A stretch of DNA of 63,646 nt, the filler included, from Octopus bimaculoides (lineage: Eukaryota): NCBI RefSeq assembly GCF_001194135.2. It is 5 parts of 4 records of this genome, joined end to end, with 100 filler letters (N's around TTAATTAATTAA, not from the genome) between each part and the next. Parts side by side here need not be neighbours in the genome. Positions count along the whole stretch, not along the records: positions 41,886 to 54,443 come from NC_068991.1; positions 54,544 to 63,646 come from NW_026377290.1; 3 more parts are not named here. One strand, given 5' to 3'. Below the pieces are notes generated by a model. That model saw nothing but the letters and a program-made list of their open reading frames with translations. It did not search any database and had not been told where the DNA came from. The first letter of the stretch is position 1. Each line of letters starts with the position of its first letter. Below, piece after piece: positions 50,671 to 63,646 of the stretch. Made by a program: the position numbers and the translations under genes.

Positions 50671-52159
50671 NNNNNNNNNNNNNNNNNNNNNNNNNNNNNN
50701 NNNNNNNNNNNNNNNNNNNNNNNNNNNNNNNNNNNNNNNNNNNNNNNNNNNNNNNNNNNNNNNNNNNNNNNNNNNNNNNNNNNNNNNNNNNNNNNNNNNN
50801 NNNNNNNNNNNNNNNNNNNNNNNNNNNNNNNNNNNNNNNNNNNNNNNNNNNNNNNNNNNNNNNNNNNNNNNNNNNNNNNNNNNNNNNNNNNNNNNNNNNN
50901 NNNNNNNNNNNNNNNNNNNNNNNNNNNNNNNNNNNNNNNNNNNNNNNNNNNNNNNNNNNNNNNNNNNNNNNNNNNNNNNNNNNNNNNNNNNNNNNNNNNN
51001 NNNNNNNNNNNNNNNNNNNNNNNNNNNNNNNNNNNNNNNNNNNNNNNNNNNNNNNNNNNNNNNNNNNNNNNNNNNNNNNNNNNNNNNNNNNNNNNNNNNN
51101 NNNNNNNNNNNNNNNNNNNNNNNNNNNNNNNNNNNNNNNNNNNNNNNNNNNNNNNNNNNNNNNNNNNNNNNNNNNNNNNNNNNNNNNNNNNNNNNNNNNN
51201 NNNNNNNNNNNNNNNNNNNNNNNNNNNNNNNNNNNNNNNNNNNNNNNNNNNNNNNNNNNNNNNNNNNNNNNNNNNNNNNNNNNNNNNNNNNNNNNNNNNN
51301 NNNNNNNNNNNNNNNNNNNNNNNNNNNNNNNNNNNNNNNNNNNNNNNNNNNNNNNNNNNNNNNNNNNNNNNNNNNNNNNNNNNNNNNNNNNNNNNNNNNN
51401 NNNNNNNNNNNNNNNNNNNNNNNNNNNNNNNNNNNNNNNNNNNNNNNNNNNNNNNNNNNNNNNNNNNNNNNNNNNNNNNNNNNNNNNNNNNNNNNNNNNN
51501 NNNNNNNNNNNNNNNNNNNNNNNNNNNNNNNNNNNNNNNNNNNNNNNNNATATATATATACGTGTGTGTGTACGCTATGACGATTAACTTACCGAAAAAA
51601 TTTATTGCAAAAATTTTAGAGATGTTAAAAATACACCGGAATTTGTTTGTACCTCATTAGTTTTAGTATATGAGAAATGGTAAGAATAATTTCAATAACT
51701 GTACCTTTTGTCATCAGTCGCTTGTAAACATGGCGTACTGAATATTGTCTTTTAAACTCTTTATGAAGTTTCCAGAGTCATAATTTTAGCTTTATTTTTC
51801 TTAAGCCCTAGGACTCATAGGACTAGTTACTCGGTTTACATGGCGTATAAATAAACGAGATCACAATATTCCCCACTGAGTCGGACGCCGATCCGTTGCA
51901 CGTTTCAAGGCCAACTATTTTGAGGGGAAGGGACAAGTTGATTACAGCAATCCCAGTACTTGACTATTCTGTTTTATCTACCTCGGTGGGATTTGAACTC
52001 AGAACGTAAAAATGTGGATAAAATATTGTTAAACGTTTTGTTCGACGCTCGCTCATGATTTTGTCAGTTTGCCGCCTTCTAGAACCATTTTGTTCATATC
52101 AAATTAAACGTTCATTTTTACCCATTTTCATCCCTGTTTCTCTTCCTTTAATCTTCTGC

Positions 52160-52312
52160 AATTAACCGAAATTGATGCTATTTTGGAATGCAATTAACCG
52201 AGAAATTTGATACAAATTTGATACTAATCGGTTAAATGTTTTGTAAAGTTGAGCAATTGACCGAATTGCGCAATCATCAGGTATGCAATTAAGCGGGGTC
52301 GACTGTATCGGA
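52160..52312. mobile_element. Possible pogo/Tigger-like MITE end
   Basis: GCAATTAAGCGGGGTCGACTGTA terminus with repeated GCAATTAACCG subterminal motifs; no partner TIR found. Confidence 0.35.
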
Positions 52313-52349
52313 AAATTGAATAAGTATTGATATATTCATGTGTATCAAT

Positions 52350-52744
52350 GTTGTTGTTGTTGTTGGCACTCCGTCGCTTACGTCGTCGAGGGTTCCAGTT
52401 GATCCGATCAACGGAACAGCCTGCTCGTGAAATTAACGTGCAAGTGGCTGAGCACTCCACAGACACGTGTACCCTTAACGTAGTTCTCGGGGATATTCAG
52501 CGTGACACAGTGTGACAAGGCTGACCCTTTGAATTACAGGCACAACAGAAACAGGAAGTAAGAGTGAGAGAAAGTTGTGGTGGAAGAGTACAGCAGGGTT
52601 CACCACCATCCCCTGCCGGAGCCTCGTGAAGCTTTAGGTGTTTTCGCTCAATAAACACTCACAACGCCCGGTCTGGGAATCGAAACCTCGATCCTATGAC
52701 CGCGAGTCCGCTGCCCTAACCACTGGGCCATTGCGCCTCCACAC
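52350..52744 (-). mobile_element. Young full-length SINE family C with 10-bp TSD
   Basis: TSD GTGTATCAAT at 52340-52349 and 52745-52754; nearly identical to 40204-40596. Confidence 0.95.
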
Positions 52745-53537
52745 GTGTATCAATAAAGTGAGTCGAATGATACTCGCAGGATTTCAGACCAGTGATAGGG
52801 GTTCAAATAGTTGTAAATTCCCCATCGCGTAGGTTCGGATGAGTTTACTATTTCCTAATTAAGTTGGGGGATGCTGAGAATTTTATTCCTGCAAATCCTT
52901 TAGTTACTCTTATTTATATTAAGCCTGAATGATACATTTTATTTGCGTATGCTATTTTACGGTCAATTCCTAATACGTTATGGTGTGTGTTTAGTTTGGC
53001 AATATATCCATTATCGTTTTGGTTATTTGTCTCATTTTACATATTAGAGGATGTATAGGGTTGAGTTATAACTTTCTGGGGCAATTTTGTTTTTGATTTT
53101 TGGTTGGTGTATTTTTTATTTTGACTTGAATTGGGAGTTGTCCTGTTGAGTATCGATATGAAATGATTGGACGAATTTTTAGGGTTATGTATTTTTTTTT
53201 GTTTTTTTCTTTCGGACTATTTTAGATGTAGTGTAGATATATAAAAAGTCATCGCGTATGATCGGATGAGATTTTAAACGTGTGTGCATATGAACATATG
53301 CGTTTGTGTGAGAAGATATCTATGTATGCTTCTGCGGCAAATAAAATGTTAACACAAGAAATAAAAGGACATGTAGCCATTATGGACATATAGGCGCAGG
53401 AGTGGCTGCGTAGTAAGTAGCTTGCTTACCAACCACANNNNNNNNNNNNNNNNNNNNNNNNNNNNNNNNNNNNNNNNNNNNNNNNNNNNNNNNNNNNNNN
53501 NNNNNNNNNNNNNNNNNNNNNNNNNNNNNNNNNNNNN

Positions 53538-53580
<43 letters not shown>

Positions 53581-53631
53581 CATGTTTCAATACTTATAGA
53601 TGTATATCTATGTACCTATCTATTTACCACT

Positions 53632-53950
53632 CTTTTACTTCTTTCAGTCATTTAACTGCGGTCATGCTGGAGCACCACTTTTTAGGCGAATAAGTTGACG
53701 CTAGGACTTATTCTGTGTAAGCCTAGTACTTATTCTATCGGCCACTTTTGCCGAACCGCTAAGGTACAGGAACGTAAACACACCAGTATCGGGTTTCTTT
53801 CAATTTCCGTCTACCAAATCCACTCACAAGCATTTGGTCGGCCAGAGACTGTAGTAGAAGTCACTTTTTCCAAGGTGCCACGCAGTGAGACTGAACTAGG
53901 AACAATGTGGTGGTTAACAGGCTTTTTGCCCCACAGTCACTCCTGCGCCT
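53632..53950 (-). mobile_element. SINE family B, diverged
   Basis: TTTCAGTCATTTAACTGCGGTCATGCTGGAGCACC...CACAGTCACTCCTGCGCC. Confidence 0.8.
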
Positions 53951-54205
53951 ATATATACGGTACTAAAACAAAAATTTAAAAATCGAAGTGCTCAATGCTA
54001 TCCATTATTCATGCTTCACCTCTTACCACCTGCTATTCTTTCATACTACATCTTGTTCATGTATGACGCTTCCGTTGTCCTGGTTTCCTTATCAATTCCA
54101 GTCAGTCTATCTTAGAGGATGGAAAATTTACAGCCTATTCTCTCTAGGTTAGAGGATGTAAAACTACGATGTATTTCATTAATTTTTCTGTGGTTACCTC
54201 TTCTT

Positions 54206-54238
54206 ACCGTGAAGAAGGACTTTGACCGAAACGTCGGT
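54206..54238 (+). ncRNA. Decayed minimal hammerhead ribozyme motif (second type)
   Basis: ACC-GTGAAGA-A-GGACTTTGACC-GAAACGTC-GGT: GUC cleavage triplet, stem I ACC/GGT, C3 replaced by G, one stem II mismatch. Confidence 0.4.
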
Positions 54239-55062
54239 TTTGTACTCTTCCCGGCAAACGCACTGTACTCTTTTTATCGACCTTACTAAATAATACAGTC
54301 CTTCTAACGTAAACCTGCACCACTTTTGGGGGTTTCTATTCATATATATATTAACAGAATCTGTGATCTGAGGTAAGAAGCTTGCTACCTAACCACATGG
54401 TTCCGAGTTCAGTCCCGGATATATATATATATATATATATATANNNNNNNNNNNNNNNNNNNNNNNNNNNNNNNNNNNNNNNNNNNNTTAATTAATTAAN
54501 NNNNNNNNNNNNNNNNNNNNNNNNNNNNNNNNNNNNNNNNNNNTATATATATATATACATAAATATATATATACATACACATATATATATATACTTACTA
54601 ATTTATATAGAGAAATCACACACACTCACATATATACTTATACCCATATATATACATAAGTACATACATAAATATACATATATATACATATACACAAAAG
54701 CGTTCATATATATATATATATCAATATATACACCCTAATAAACATTCACACAAATAAATATATAAAGAAGGAATATTATAAAACAAAACCACATTCACAC
54801 ACTCACTCACACACAATATATATATAAATATACATCTATATTCACAAATACATATATTTATACATGCATCTAAATACAAATATACATTTACCATACACAA
54901 ACATATATAAACACAAACACATATATATACTTAAACCTATATAAATATATACGTAAACATATATACATACATACTAACACATATAGACTAAACCACGCAC
55001 ACTCATATATATACATATACACATACCCATATGTATATAAAAAAACTACATATACACAACCA

Positions 55063-55100
<38 letters not shown>

Positions 55101-55131
55101 CTTAAATAACTCCCACATATAATAAAAAACA

Positions 55132-56601
55132 TTAGCTAAAGTTTTTATATAAATAAAGTAATTTATGTCTACATTTTATTTGTCGTTCATCAAAAGAATT
55201 AAGTAAATTATTATCTCTTTAAATTCTTTATTACATAAATTACAAAAGTTATTACCTATATGATAGGATTTAGCTTTACAAACTATCTCCCATTTTAAAA
55301 TATAGTTAATATTTCTACATTTAAGTTCCCAAATATATTTACTGAGTAGAAGTATTCAAATTTCTATTCTTAAATGAGTGCATATGTTGAGCCACTCTTA
55401 ATTTAATTTTATTAGAAGTCGATCCTATATAAATCTTATTTAAATTATAACCATTATGTTTATTCCCATTCAATAAATTCACTATACATTTATACACTAC
55501 ATCTTTCAAATTACATTTATTATTAAAATTACATTTAGTTTCATCTAAACATGTACAATTAATTATATCGTGGTCAACATTATTATTATTAATATTATTA
55601 TTAGAATAATTATTAAATTTAAATTTATAATACTTATTTAACTTAAATCTATTAAAAGAAGAGATAATATTAGCAACATTATTAGTAGTAGAATAACCTA
55701 CACCACAATTATTTGTAGAAAATATATAATGATATTTTTTAGTATCTCTAAGTGATAAATCAATAACTTTTAAAATTCCATTAATAATGTTAGTTTTAAC
55801 TTGAACGCCGTATGGAATAATTAGCCAGAGTTTGTTCTTATTATAGAAATTATTGAATTTATTATTAATATTATTAAATTTATTATTATCATTAAAAAAT
55901 TTAAATTATATTTTAAATTGTCTCCATTAAAATTAAGTTTATGTTTAGGTAATTTATTATCAAAATACCTATTATTCTTATTATTACCTAAGAAGACATT
56001 ATCATGAGTATAAAAGTTATGTTTATTAAAAAGGTCATTACTATCATAATTATTAGTAATAAAATTATAAAAATATTTAGGATTATTAAAAAGTTTTATA
56101 TCATTAGTATATCCCGCCTCTTGAAGGGCTTTATTGTAATAAGGTGCATGTTTTTCAAAGATCTCTATATTCGAAAATAATAAAGATATTCTTTGACTTA
56201 TAGTAAATGTTAATGATTTTTTAATTGAGGGTGGGTGATTGTTTTTCGCATGAATGTATTTAATATTTTCATTAATCTTATGGTAAGGTTGGGTATTACC
56301 AGTAGATAAGTTAAAATTAGCATCTAAATAATTAACGTTATAGTACTCATTATAAATAGTAATCTTTAAACCATTTCATTAAAAAAACCTATATATTCTC
56401 TTCTTATATAATTCTAGTTTTCTATTAGTGCAATTTTTAGTAAGTAATAAAAGGTCATCCCTATATAAACCACCCTCCAATTTTAAGTTTTCAAGTTCAA
56501 GTTCAGATAATAAATATATACCTACTAAATCAGTTACCTGTGCTGAATCAGGCGCCCCCATTGGTATATCAAAATAATCTCTAGTATCTTTCCTAGCCCA
56601 C
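55132..56601 (-). mobile_element. Penelope-like retroelement, RT C-half plus GIY-YIG endonuclease, lightly disrupted
   Basis: FDIPMGAPDSAQVTDLVG, GLYRDD, NVNYLDANFNL, YIHAKNNHPPSIKK, YNKALQEAGY, NCTC..KC..KC, VVYKC..IYIGST..R..H, SKYIWELK, CNLC and KCRH-stop (55134-55132). The 5' part falls in the gap 56602-57500. Confidence 0.92.
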
Positions 56602-57556
56602 NNNNNNNNNNNNNNNNNNNNNNNNNNNNNNNNNNNNNNNNNNNNNNNNNNNNNNNNNNNNNNNNNNNNNNNNNNNNNNNNNNNNNNNNNNNNNNNNNNN
56701 NNNNNNNNNNNNNNNNNNNNNNNNNNNNNNNNNNNNNNNNNNNNNNNNNNNNNNNNNNNNNNNNNNNNNNNNNNNNNNNNNNNNNNNNNNNNNNNNNNNN
56801 NNNNNNNNNNNNNNNNNNNNNNNNNNNNNNNNNNNNNNNNNNNNNNNNNNNNNNNNNNNNNNNNNNNNNNNNNNNNNNNNNNNNNNNNNNNNNNNNNNNN
56901 NNNNNNNNNNNNNNNNNNNNNNNNNNNNNNNNNNNNNNNNNNNNNNNNNNNNNNNNNNNNNNNNNNNNNNNNNNNNNNNNNNNNNNNNNNNNNNNNNNNN
57001 NNNNNNNNNNNNNNNNNNNNNNNNNNNNNNNNNNNNNNNNNNNNNNNNNNNNNNNNNNNNNNNNNNNNNNNNNNNNNNNNNNNNNNNNNNNNNNNNNNNN
57101 NNNNNNNNNNNNNNNNNNNNNNNNNNNNNNNNNNNNNNNNNNNNNNNNNNNNNNNNNNNNNNNNNNNNNNNNNNNNNNNNNNNNNNNNNNNNNNNNNNNN
57201 NNNNNNNNNNNNNNNNNNNNNNNNNNNNNNNNNNNNNNNNNNNNNNNNNNNNNNNNNNNNNNNNNNNNNNNNNNNNNNNNNNNNNNNNNNNNNNNNNNNN
57301 NNNNNNNNNNNNNNNNNNNNNNNNNNNNNNNNNNNNNNNNNNNNNNNNNNNNNNNNNNNNNNNNNNNNNNNNNNNNNNNNNNNNNNNNNNNNNNNNNNNN
57401 NNNNNNNNNNNNNNNNNNNNNNNNNNNNNNNNNNNNNNNNNNNNNNNNNNNNNNNNNNNNNNNNNNNNNNNNNNNNNNNNNNNNNNNNNNNNNNNNNNNN
57501 TATATATATATATATATATATATATTAGTCCATCTATCTATCTATCTATCTCTCTC

Positions 57557-57588
<32 letters not shown>

Positions 57589-57814
57589 CCTACCTACCTA
57601 TCTATCTATCTATCTGTCTGTTTGTCTGTTCGTCTGTCTATCTATCTATCTATCTTTCTAGCCAGCCATCTCTCTGCTTGCCTGTCTATCTCTCCATCCA
57701 TCTATTTGTCCATCTAACTGTGTGTCCCCACTCCATCCGTCTGCCTGTCTATTTATCTATCTTAAAACTGTCAAATCTTGACAATTTCTTTATTATCCCA
57801 TTTGTGTTGGTGGG

Positions 57815-58070
57815 CTCAGCACCAGGACAATGTACCAATCCACAACTCCATCCTAGTAACCAACTACTTGACAGAGATGGCCAACAAAACTGCCCCTCAC
57901 CCCTCTACAGTCCAGACGTGACTTTTGGTTGTTCCCCAAGCTGAAGTAGAACCTCGGGGGGCAGTCGTTTTGAAGACATTTAAAAGATGAAGGAAGCTGT
58001 AACAAAGTTACAGGATACCTTCATTTTGGAGGACTTCCATGGGACCTCAGCATATGGGAACTAAATGTTG
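57815..58070 (+). mobile_element. Mariner transposase fragment (pseudogenised)
   Basis: HQDNVPIHNSILVTNYLTEM..HPLYSPD..GSRFEDI..KEAV matches the mariner HDNA / YSPDL catalytic region. Confidence 0.85.
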
Positions 58071-58458
58071 GGAATTTACTGCATTATGTTTAGCTTCTGA
58101 GGTACCATGTCTTTCATTTCATGTTTCCTAAAGTGATCTTTGTCAAATGAATTTATAAAGTATTGATTACCTAAACTAATCACAGGAATCTTCTACAAGG
58201 CTGCTCAACATGAAAGAAATAACAACTAATTTTTATCCAAATGACACTACTATTTTAGAAATAATAGAAAGAGGAGTTGTAAAAATCGATGGGATGGTTA
58301 TCATTGGAATTCCTACTTAACCAGGGCTGGTCTGATGCTGAACATTAATAAATGATGATAAAATGGCAGAAATATTTGAGATTGTAATAGTCATTTTGGT
58401 TCTCTATGCCCTGACATGACTTTTCATTCTTTTGGGGTTGATAAAGTATTAAAGATAA

Positions 58459-58489
<31 letters not shown>

Positions 58490-59569
58490 CCTGGGATTGT
58501 GCCTGTAATTTAAAGGTCTGTATTATTCTCATAGATTCATCCAAAAAACTGCATTAACTCACAGTGGAATATTCAGCTGCTTACAGATTCATTTTGTATA
58601 TAGGGATTCAACTAAATGTGAATCACTGTAATTTATTGATGCTCCATTAAATATAAAACAAGCTACATCTCTCACTTCTACCATTACCCCACTGTATTTT
58701 GTACAGAGACAGCTGGTTTCAAACATCCATCACTCCATCTTGGCAAAACTGAAATATTTGAACTCAGTACTGCAAGATATAAAACATTCTAAACTTTTAC
58801 AGTACTCCCACTACTTACAATGGTACACAATACTTATTTATGGAAATGGTTTATCCCTTGGTGAAATTGTTAAGTTCTCTGTTTTGGCCATAAATTCAGC
58901 CAAGGGCTGATGATTGTGGACTAACATATCAATTGTCTGCCACACCACTGTTGACTCAAGCAACTGTGACTCCCATGATGCAGAAAGTCAATTACATGTT
59001 AAAGTAAAACTTGCTGATGCAACAATATTTTATTACCTGTTCACATAAAACATAGTCTAATACACCCAAACCTCATCACTAAACTAATTTAATTTGATTG
59101 ATATTAAACAACTTGAATACAAATAATGATTATCAAACTGATTACTGCAATTTCCCCTCTAAAGGCTCCACATAACTTTTTTAAATAATGACAAAGTTGA
59201 GACTAATAAAAAAAATAATGCTAATAGAAAGCTTTCAGACTTTAACCATAATTAAAAACAGACAAGTATTCTGACTAACTTTTTAATTATGTTTTATGCT
59301 AATATTATTTCTGAAAAATGTTTTAGTTATTTTATAAATTTTTGTTAATTTGTCTCTAATCATTTCAATTATTCTTCATTAAATTATGTGCCTTCAAATT
59401 CATTTTTCTACATCATCTTAAGTCTTTTCTTTCATTTGTTAAAACATTGAAGTCATGACCCATTTGCAACAATAGACATCAACAGGAGCATTGTGCATAT
59501 AAGTATGTGTGTGTATGTGTGTCTTGATAGCTGTGTTTGTCCACCACCACTACTTGACAACTGATATAT

Positions 59570-59608
<39 letters not shown>

Positions 59609-60744
59609 GTTTAACGTCCGCTTTCGATGATATATATATATATATATANNNNNNNNNNNNNNNNNNNNNNNNNNNNNNNNNNNNNNNNNNNNNNNNNNNN
59701 NNNNNNNNNNNNNNNNNNNNNNNNNNNNNNNNNNNNNNNNNNNNNNNNNNNNNNNNNNNNNNNNNNNNNNNNNNNNNNNNNNNNNNNNNNNNNNNNNNNN
59801 NNNNNNNNNNNNNNNNNNNNNNNNNNNNNNNNNNNNNNNNNNNNNNNNNNNNNNNNNNNNNNNNNNNNNNNNNNNNNNNNNNNNNNNNNNNNNNNNNNNN
59901 NNNNNAATTCCCTTTCTATCAATGTAAAGACAGAATCTCTACACAAGAATCACCAAGGAAAATCTTTTTATAGAGAAATTCCAAACACTTCTTAACATAC
60001 AAACCCCTCGGTGACCATATTCCCTTCTCTCGCCTACCCAATGAAATACATATAAACTTACTTGTTTCTCTAAGAACAGACATAAACTTCCTGTTGACAA
60101 AGAGTCAAGAACTCCAACTAAGGAGTATAAAACCAACAGAATTGTCTTCCCTTACACACACCTCCAGTTTTGACACCGAACTTCCTGTTTAACACATAAA
60201 CTTTCAGCCCCTATTTTAAAATACAACACTACTCTTAATTCCATGCATCCTAATCTTTCTAACAATCATCTACACGGATTACCATTGAACTTTAAAAGCT
60301 CAAAGACAATATAATGTATTGGTATATTTATTTTTTATATATTATTTTTTATTTTTTTGTAAAAAACATTTTCATTCTCCCTCTTCCTGAAAATTTGCCA
60401 AGCAATGAAAGCCGGTTAGAAATCCTTTTTAATCCTCCTTATACACATCTATATTAAAATATGCTTTCAGTTTAGGATTCTGCTTAATTATTATTTTTTA
60501 TTTTCCTATTATTCTCCACGTGCAGTTAACACAACCCCACCATTTACTGACTTATATATATATATAAATTCAAATTACGATGAACGTAAACAAACAAATG
60601 AAGTTTGCTTTTAGAAGCGCTGAGATGTCTTAGAAAGTTACAGAAGTGATTTTTAAATTCTCAAACGCAGGATAATACTAATAATATAGTCTGAACAGGA
60701 TAAGCTACCCCTATTTTGAAGAAAAAAGCGTGGGCGGCTAGCTA

Positions 60745-63256
60745 TATATATATATACTGGAAATGGATGCGTGGCGTTCAGTTAGATAATGATATAAATA
60801 TATATGTGTGTATATATAAGTACAGGACGTCACCAACAGTAAACAACATGAAATATGAAAACAAATGAGTTAAATACGAAAAAATGGAAAACAAGACAAG
60901 AAACACAAGGAACGAACTTTCATCAGTTGTTGGCTGTCTATCTAATCCTCATTTCGAGCAGCGAACGACAATATGAGTCTTCGAAGACATTGTTGCTCCC
61001 AAAAATACCAAAATAAAATTTTGGATTTATGGTGCGTCAACGTTAAGAACAAAAACACGACAGTGGAGACATACAAGGAAACTGAACGAAAACAAACATG
61101 GAGGGTCATTAGACCAGAACGAGTGGAAAATAGCGAACGCTGAGAAAAATATTTTCTTTGAAAAGAAAAAAAGATAGAAGAGAGAGATAGAAGACATCCA
61201 GTCTTTAGGACGTTGTGGATGAAAAGGAAGATCGTTACGTGAGGAAAAGTAAGATGGACAATGGTGACGTAAAAGCAACCAGAGAGAGAAAAGAAAAAGA
61301 AGGGAAAGAGAGACAGATAGAAAACGATGAAGGGAAAAAAGGGAATTAGAGGATGGGGGAGAAAACAGTATAGTGTAGAGTCGTATCAAAAAGGTTAAGA
61401 TAAACTTATTGGAAACGGATGCGTGGCGCTCAATTAGATGATAATAAAAATTATATATATATANNNNNNNNNNNNNNNNNNNNNNNNNNNNNNNNNNNNN
61501 NNNNNNNNNNNNNNNNNNNNNNNNNNNNNNNNNNNNNNNNNNNNNNNNNNNNNNNNNNNNNNNNNNNNNNNNNNNNNNNNNNNNNNNNNNNNNNNNNNNN
61601 NNNNNNNNNNNNNNNNNNNNNNNNNNNNNNNNNNNNNNNNNNNNNNNNNNNNNNNNNNNNNNNNNNNNNNNNNNNNNNNNNNNNNNNNNNNNNNNNNNNN
61701 NNNNNNNNNNNNNNNNNNNNNNNNNNNNNNNNNNNNNNNNNNNNNNNNNNNNNNNNNNNNNNNNNNNNNNNNNNNNNNNNNNNNNNNNNNNNNNNNNNNN
61801 NNNNNNNNNNNNNNNNNNNNNNNNNNNNNNNNNNNNNNNNNNNNNNNNNNNNNNNNNNNNNNNNNNNNNNNNNNNNNNNNNNNNNNNNNNNNNNNNNNNN
61901 NNNNNNNNNNNNNNNNNNNNNNNNNNNNNNNNNNNNNNNNNNNNNNNNNNNNNNNNNNNNNNNNNNNNNNNNNNNNNNNNNNNNNNNNNNNNNNNNNNNN
62001 NNNNNNNNNNNNNNNNNNNNNNNNNNNNNNNNNNNNNNNNNNNNNNNNNNNNNNNNNNNNNNNNNNNNNNNNNNNNNNNNNNNNNNNNNNNNNNNNNNNN
62101 NNNNNNNNNNNNNNNNNNNNNNNNNNNNNNNNNNNNNNNNNNNNNNNNNNNNNNNNNNNNNNNNNNNNNNNNNNNNNNNNNNNNNNNNNNNNNNNNNNNN
62201 NNNNNNNNNNNNNNNNNNNNNNNNNNNNNNNNNNNNNNNNNNNNNNNNNNNNNNNNNNNNNNNNNNNNNNNNCATTAAAAAGACGTACTAAAATACCACG
62301 AAAATATTACAAAAATTTAAGATTCCATCTACCGGCCGTTTCAGAGACATGCCAAGTAATATGATATATTTCATATTCTTAAGGTCATGAAGGGTCGTTA
62401 GACCAGAACGAGCGGAAAATAGCGAACGCTGAGAAAAATATTTTCTTTGAAAAGAGAAAAGATAGGAATGGTACAGGAGAGATAAACGAGGAGGAAAAGT
62501 GGGAGTTAAAGAAAGAGAGGGCCAAGAAATCTGAGAGAGAGAAAGAAAGGGGAAGCGAGAAAAAGAAAAGAGGAAGAAAGTATGAGGGGGACTAAAAGAT
62601 AGAGTAAAAGAGTCGTACAAAATTTAGATAATATCTACTATAAGGTGAGCACAAGTGTGTACGTACGCCACTCTATGTATATATAAATATAAAAAATGGG
62701 ACAAAAACGCAGTAGAGGACAATAAAACATTCGGAAAGTTACATGACACAAAGGTGGACAGGAGAAACAACAATCAAAAAAGGACAAGCAAAAAAAGACG
62801 CGTCATTCGTTGCCTTCTTTCCTCAGTCAAGTTACCAGAAGTCCAATGCCACGCATCCATTTTAAAGTTAGTTTATCTTAAACTTTTTCGATGCTACTCT
62901 ACTCTATACTGTTTTTTCCTCCATCCTTCTCTAATTCCTTTTTTCTCCCCTGCACCGTTTTATAGCTATCTGTCTTTCTCTCTCCTGTTGCTCACACGTG
63001 ACCATCGTCCATCTTTCTTTTCCTCGCGTGATCATCTTTCTTTTCCTCCACAACGTCTTCTGTCTCTCTCTTCTATCTTTTCTCTTTTCGACAAAAATAT
63101 TTCTCTCAGCGTTCGCTATTTTCGCTCGTTCTAGTCTAATGACCCTCTATGTTTTTTTTCGTTCGGTTTCCTTGTATGTCTCCACTGTCCTGTTTTTGTT
63201 CCCAACTTTGACCGTCCATAAATCCAAAATTTTATTTTGGTATTTTTGGGAGCAAC
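60745..63256. repeat. Complex of inverted and direct copies of a purine-skewed TA-flanked repeat
   Basis: 60992-61427 is the reverse complement of 62848-63256; partial direct copy at 62383-62635; GGATGCGTGGCG..AxTTAGAT at both ~60765 and ~61417. Confidence 0.85.
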
Positions 63257-63555
63257 TGTCATCAAGCCAATCAACAAACAACGTGGCATTAGCAGCTTGT
63301 TACCATTACAATCACACGCTGTGTTGTAGTTCAGTTGTCTGTGCCGCTGTTTATATTGATTTTCACACTCGATTCTTCAAAACACGAGCTTATTTTCACC
63401 CTCTTTTTTTGTTTTAATTTTTCTGTGTGTTAGCATATTACATATTTTTCTGTGCTTCCGTGTGTTAGTTGTTGACTAGTGTTATTCTTATCGTAGTTTA
63501 CAAATCCAAACATGAAAACGTTACTCAACTTTAGAGTTTTGGAGAAAGACGCCCC

Positions 63556-63601
<46 letters not shown>

Positions 63602-63646
63602 AATGCATAAATGTACATATAAACTTATATATGAATACATACACCC

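Noticed and set aside
58815-58860. Minus-strand exon ending at CATT|GTAAGT
   Set aside because: Stop codons in all three frames.

Overview
Eukaryotic, AT-rich draft-assembly DNA dense in microsatellites and SINEs, with many N gaps. The repeat families suggest an octopus or other cephalopod genome (inference). The only recognisable host gene is on the minus strand: an AP180/CALM (PICALM/SNAP91)-like clathrin adaptor. It has one strong 316-nt exon (9328-9013; DQRIKEL start, 2x NPF, 2x DLL), one likely 69-nt exon (2417-2349) and several candidate alternative exons. No ANTH-domain exons are visible. The rest is mostly repeats: at least three tRNA-derived SINE families, four Penelope-like (RT/GIY-YIG) remnants, RTE and Dong/R4 LINE ends, mariner/Tc1 MITEs, a mariner transposase fragment and Helitron-like ends. 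The observations most worth checking are (i) a 12-unit array with a conserved palindromic core and faster-diverging spacers in an AP180 intron, (ii) decayed minimal hammerhead-ribozyme motifs in small TA/AAT-flanked, retrozyme-like elements, (iii) several fold-back or inverted-repeat structures in the AP180 pre-mRNA that could be ADAR substrates, and (iv) an apparent CpG shift across a 40-kb block bounded by artificial TTAATTAATTAA scaffold linkers. Most ORF-track entries are artefacts of microsatellites or N gaps. All alignments and family assignments were made by eye from remembered consensus sequences.
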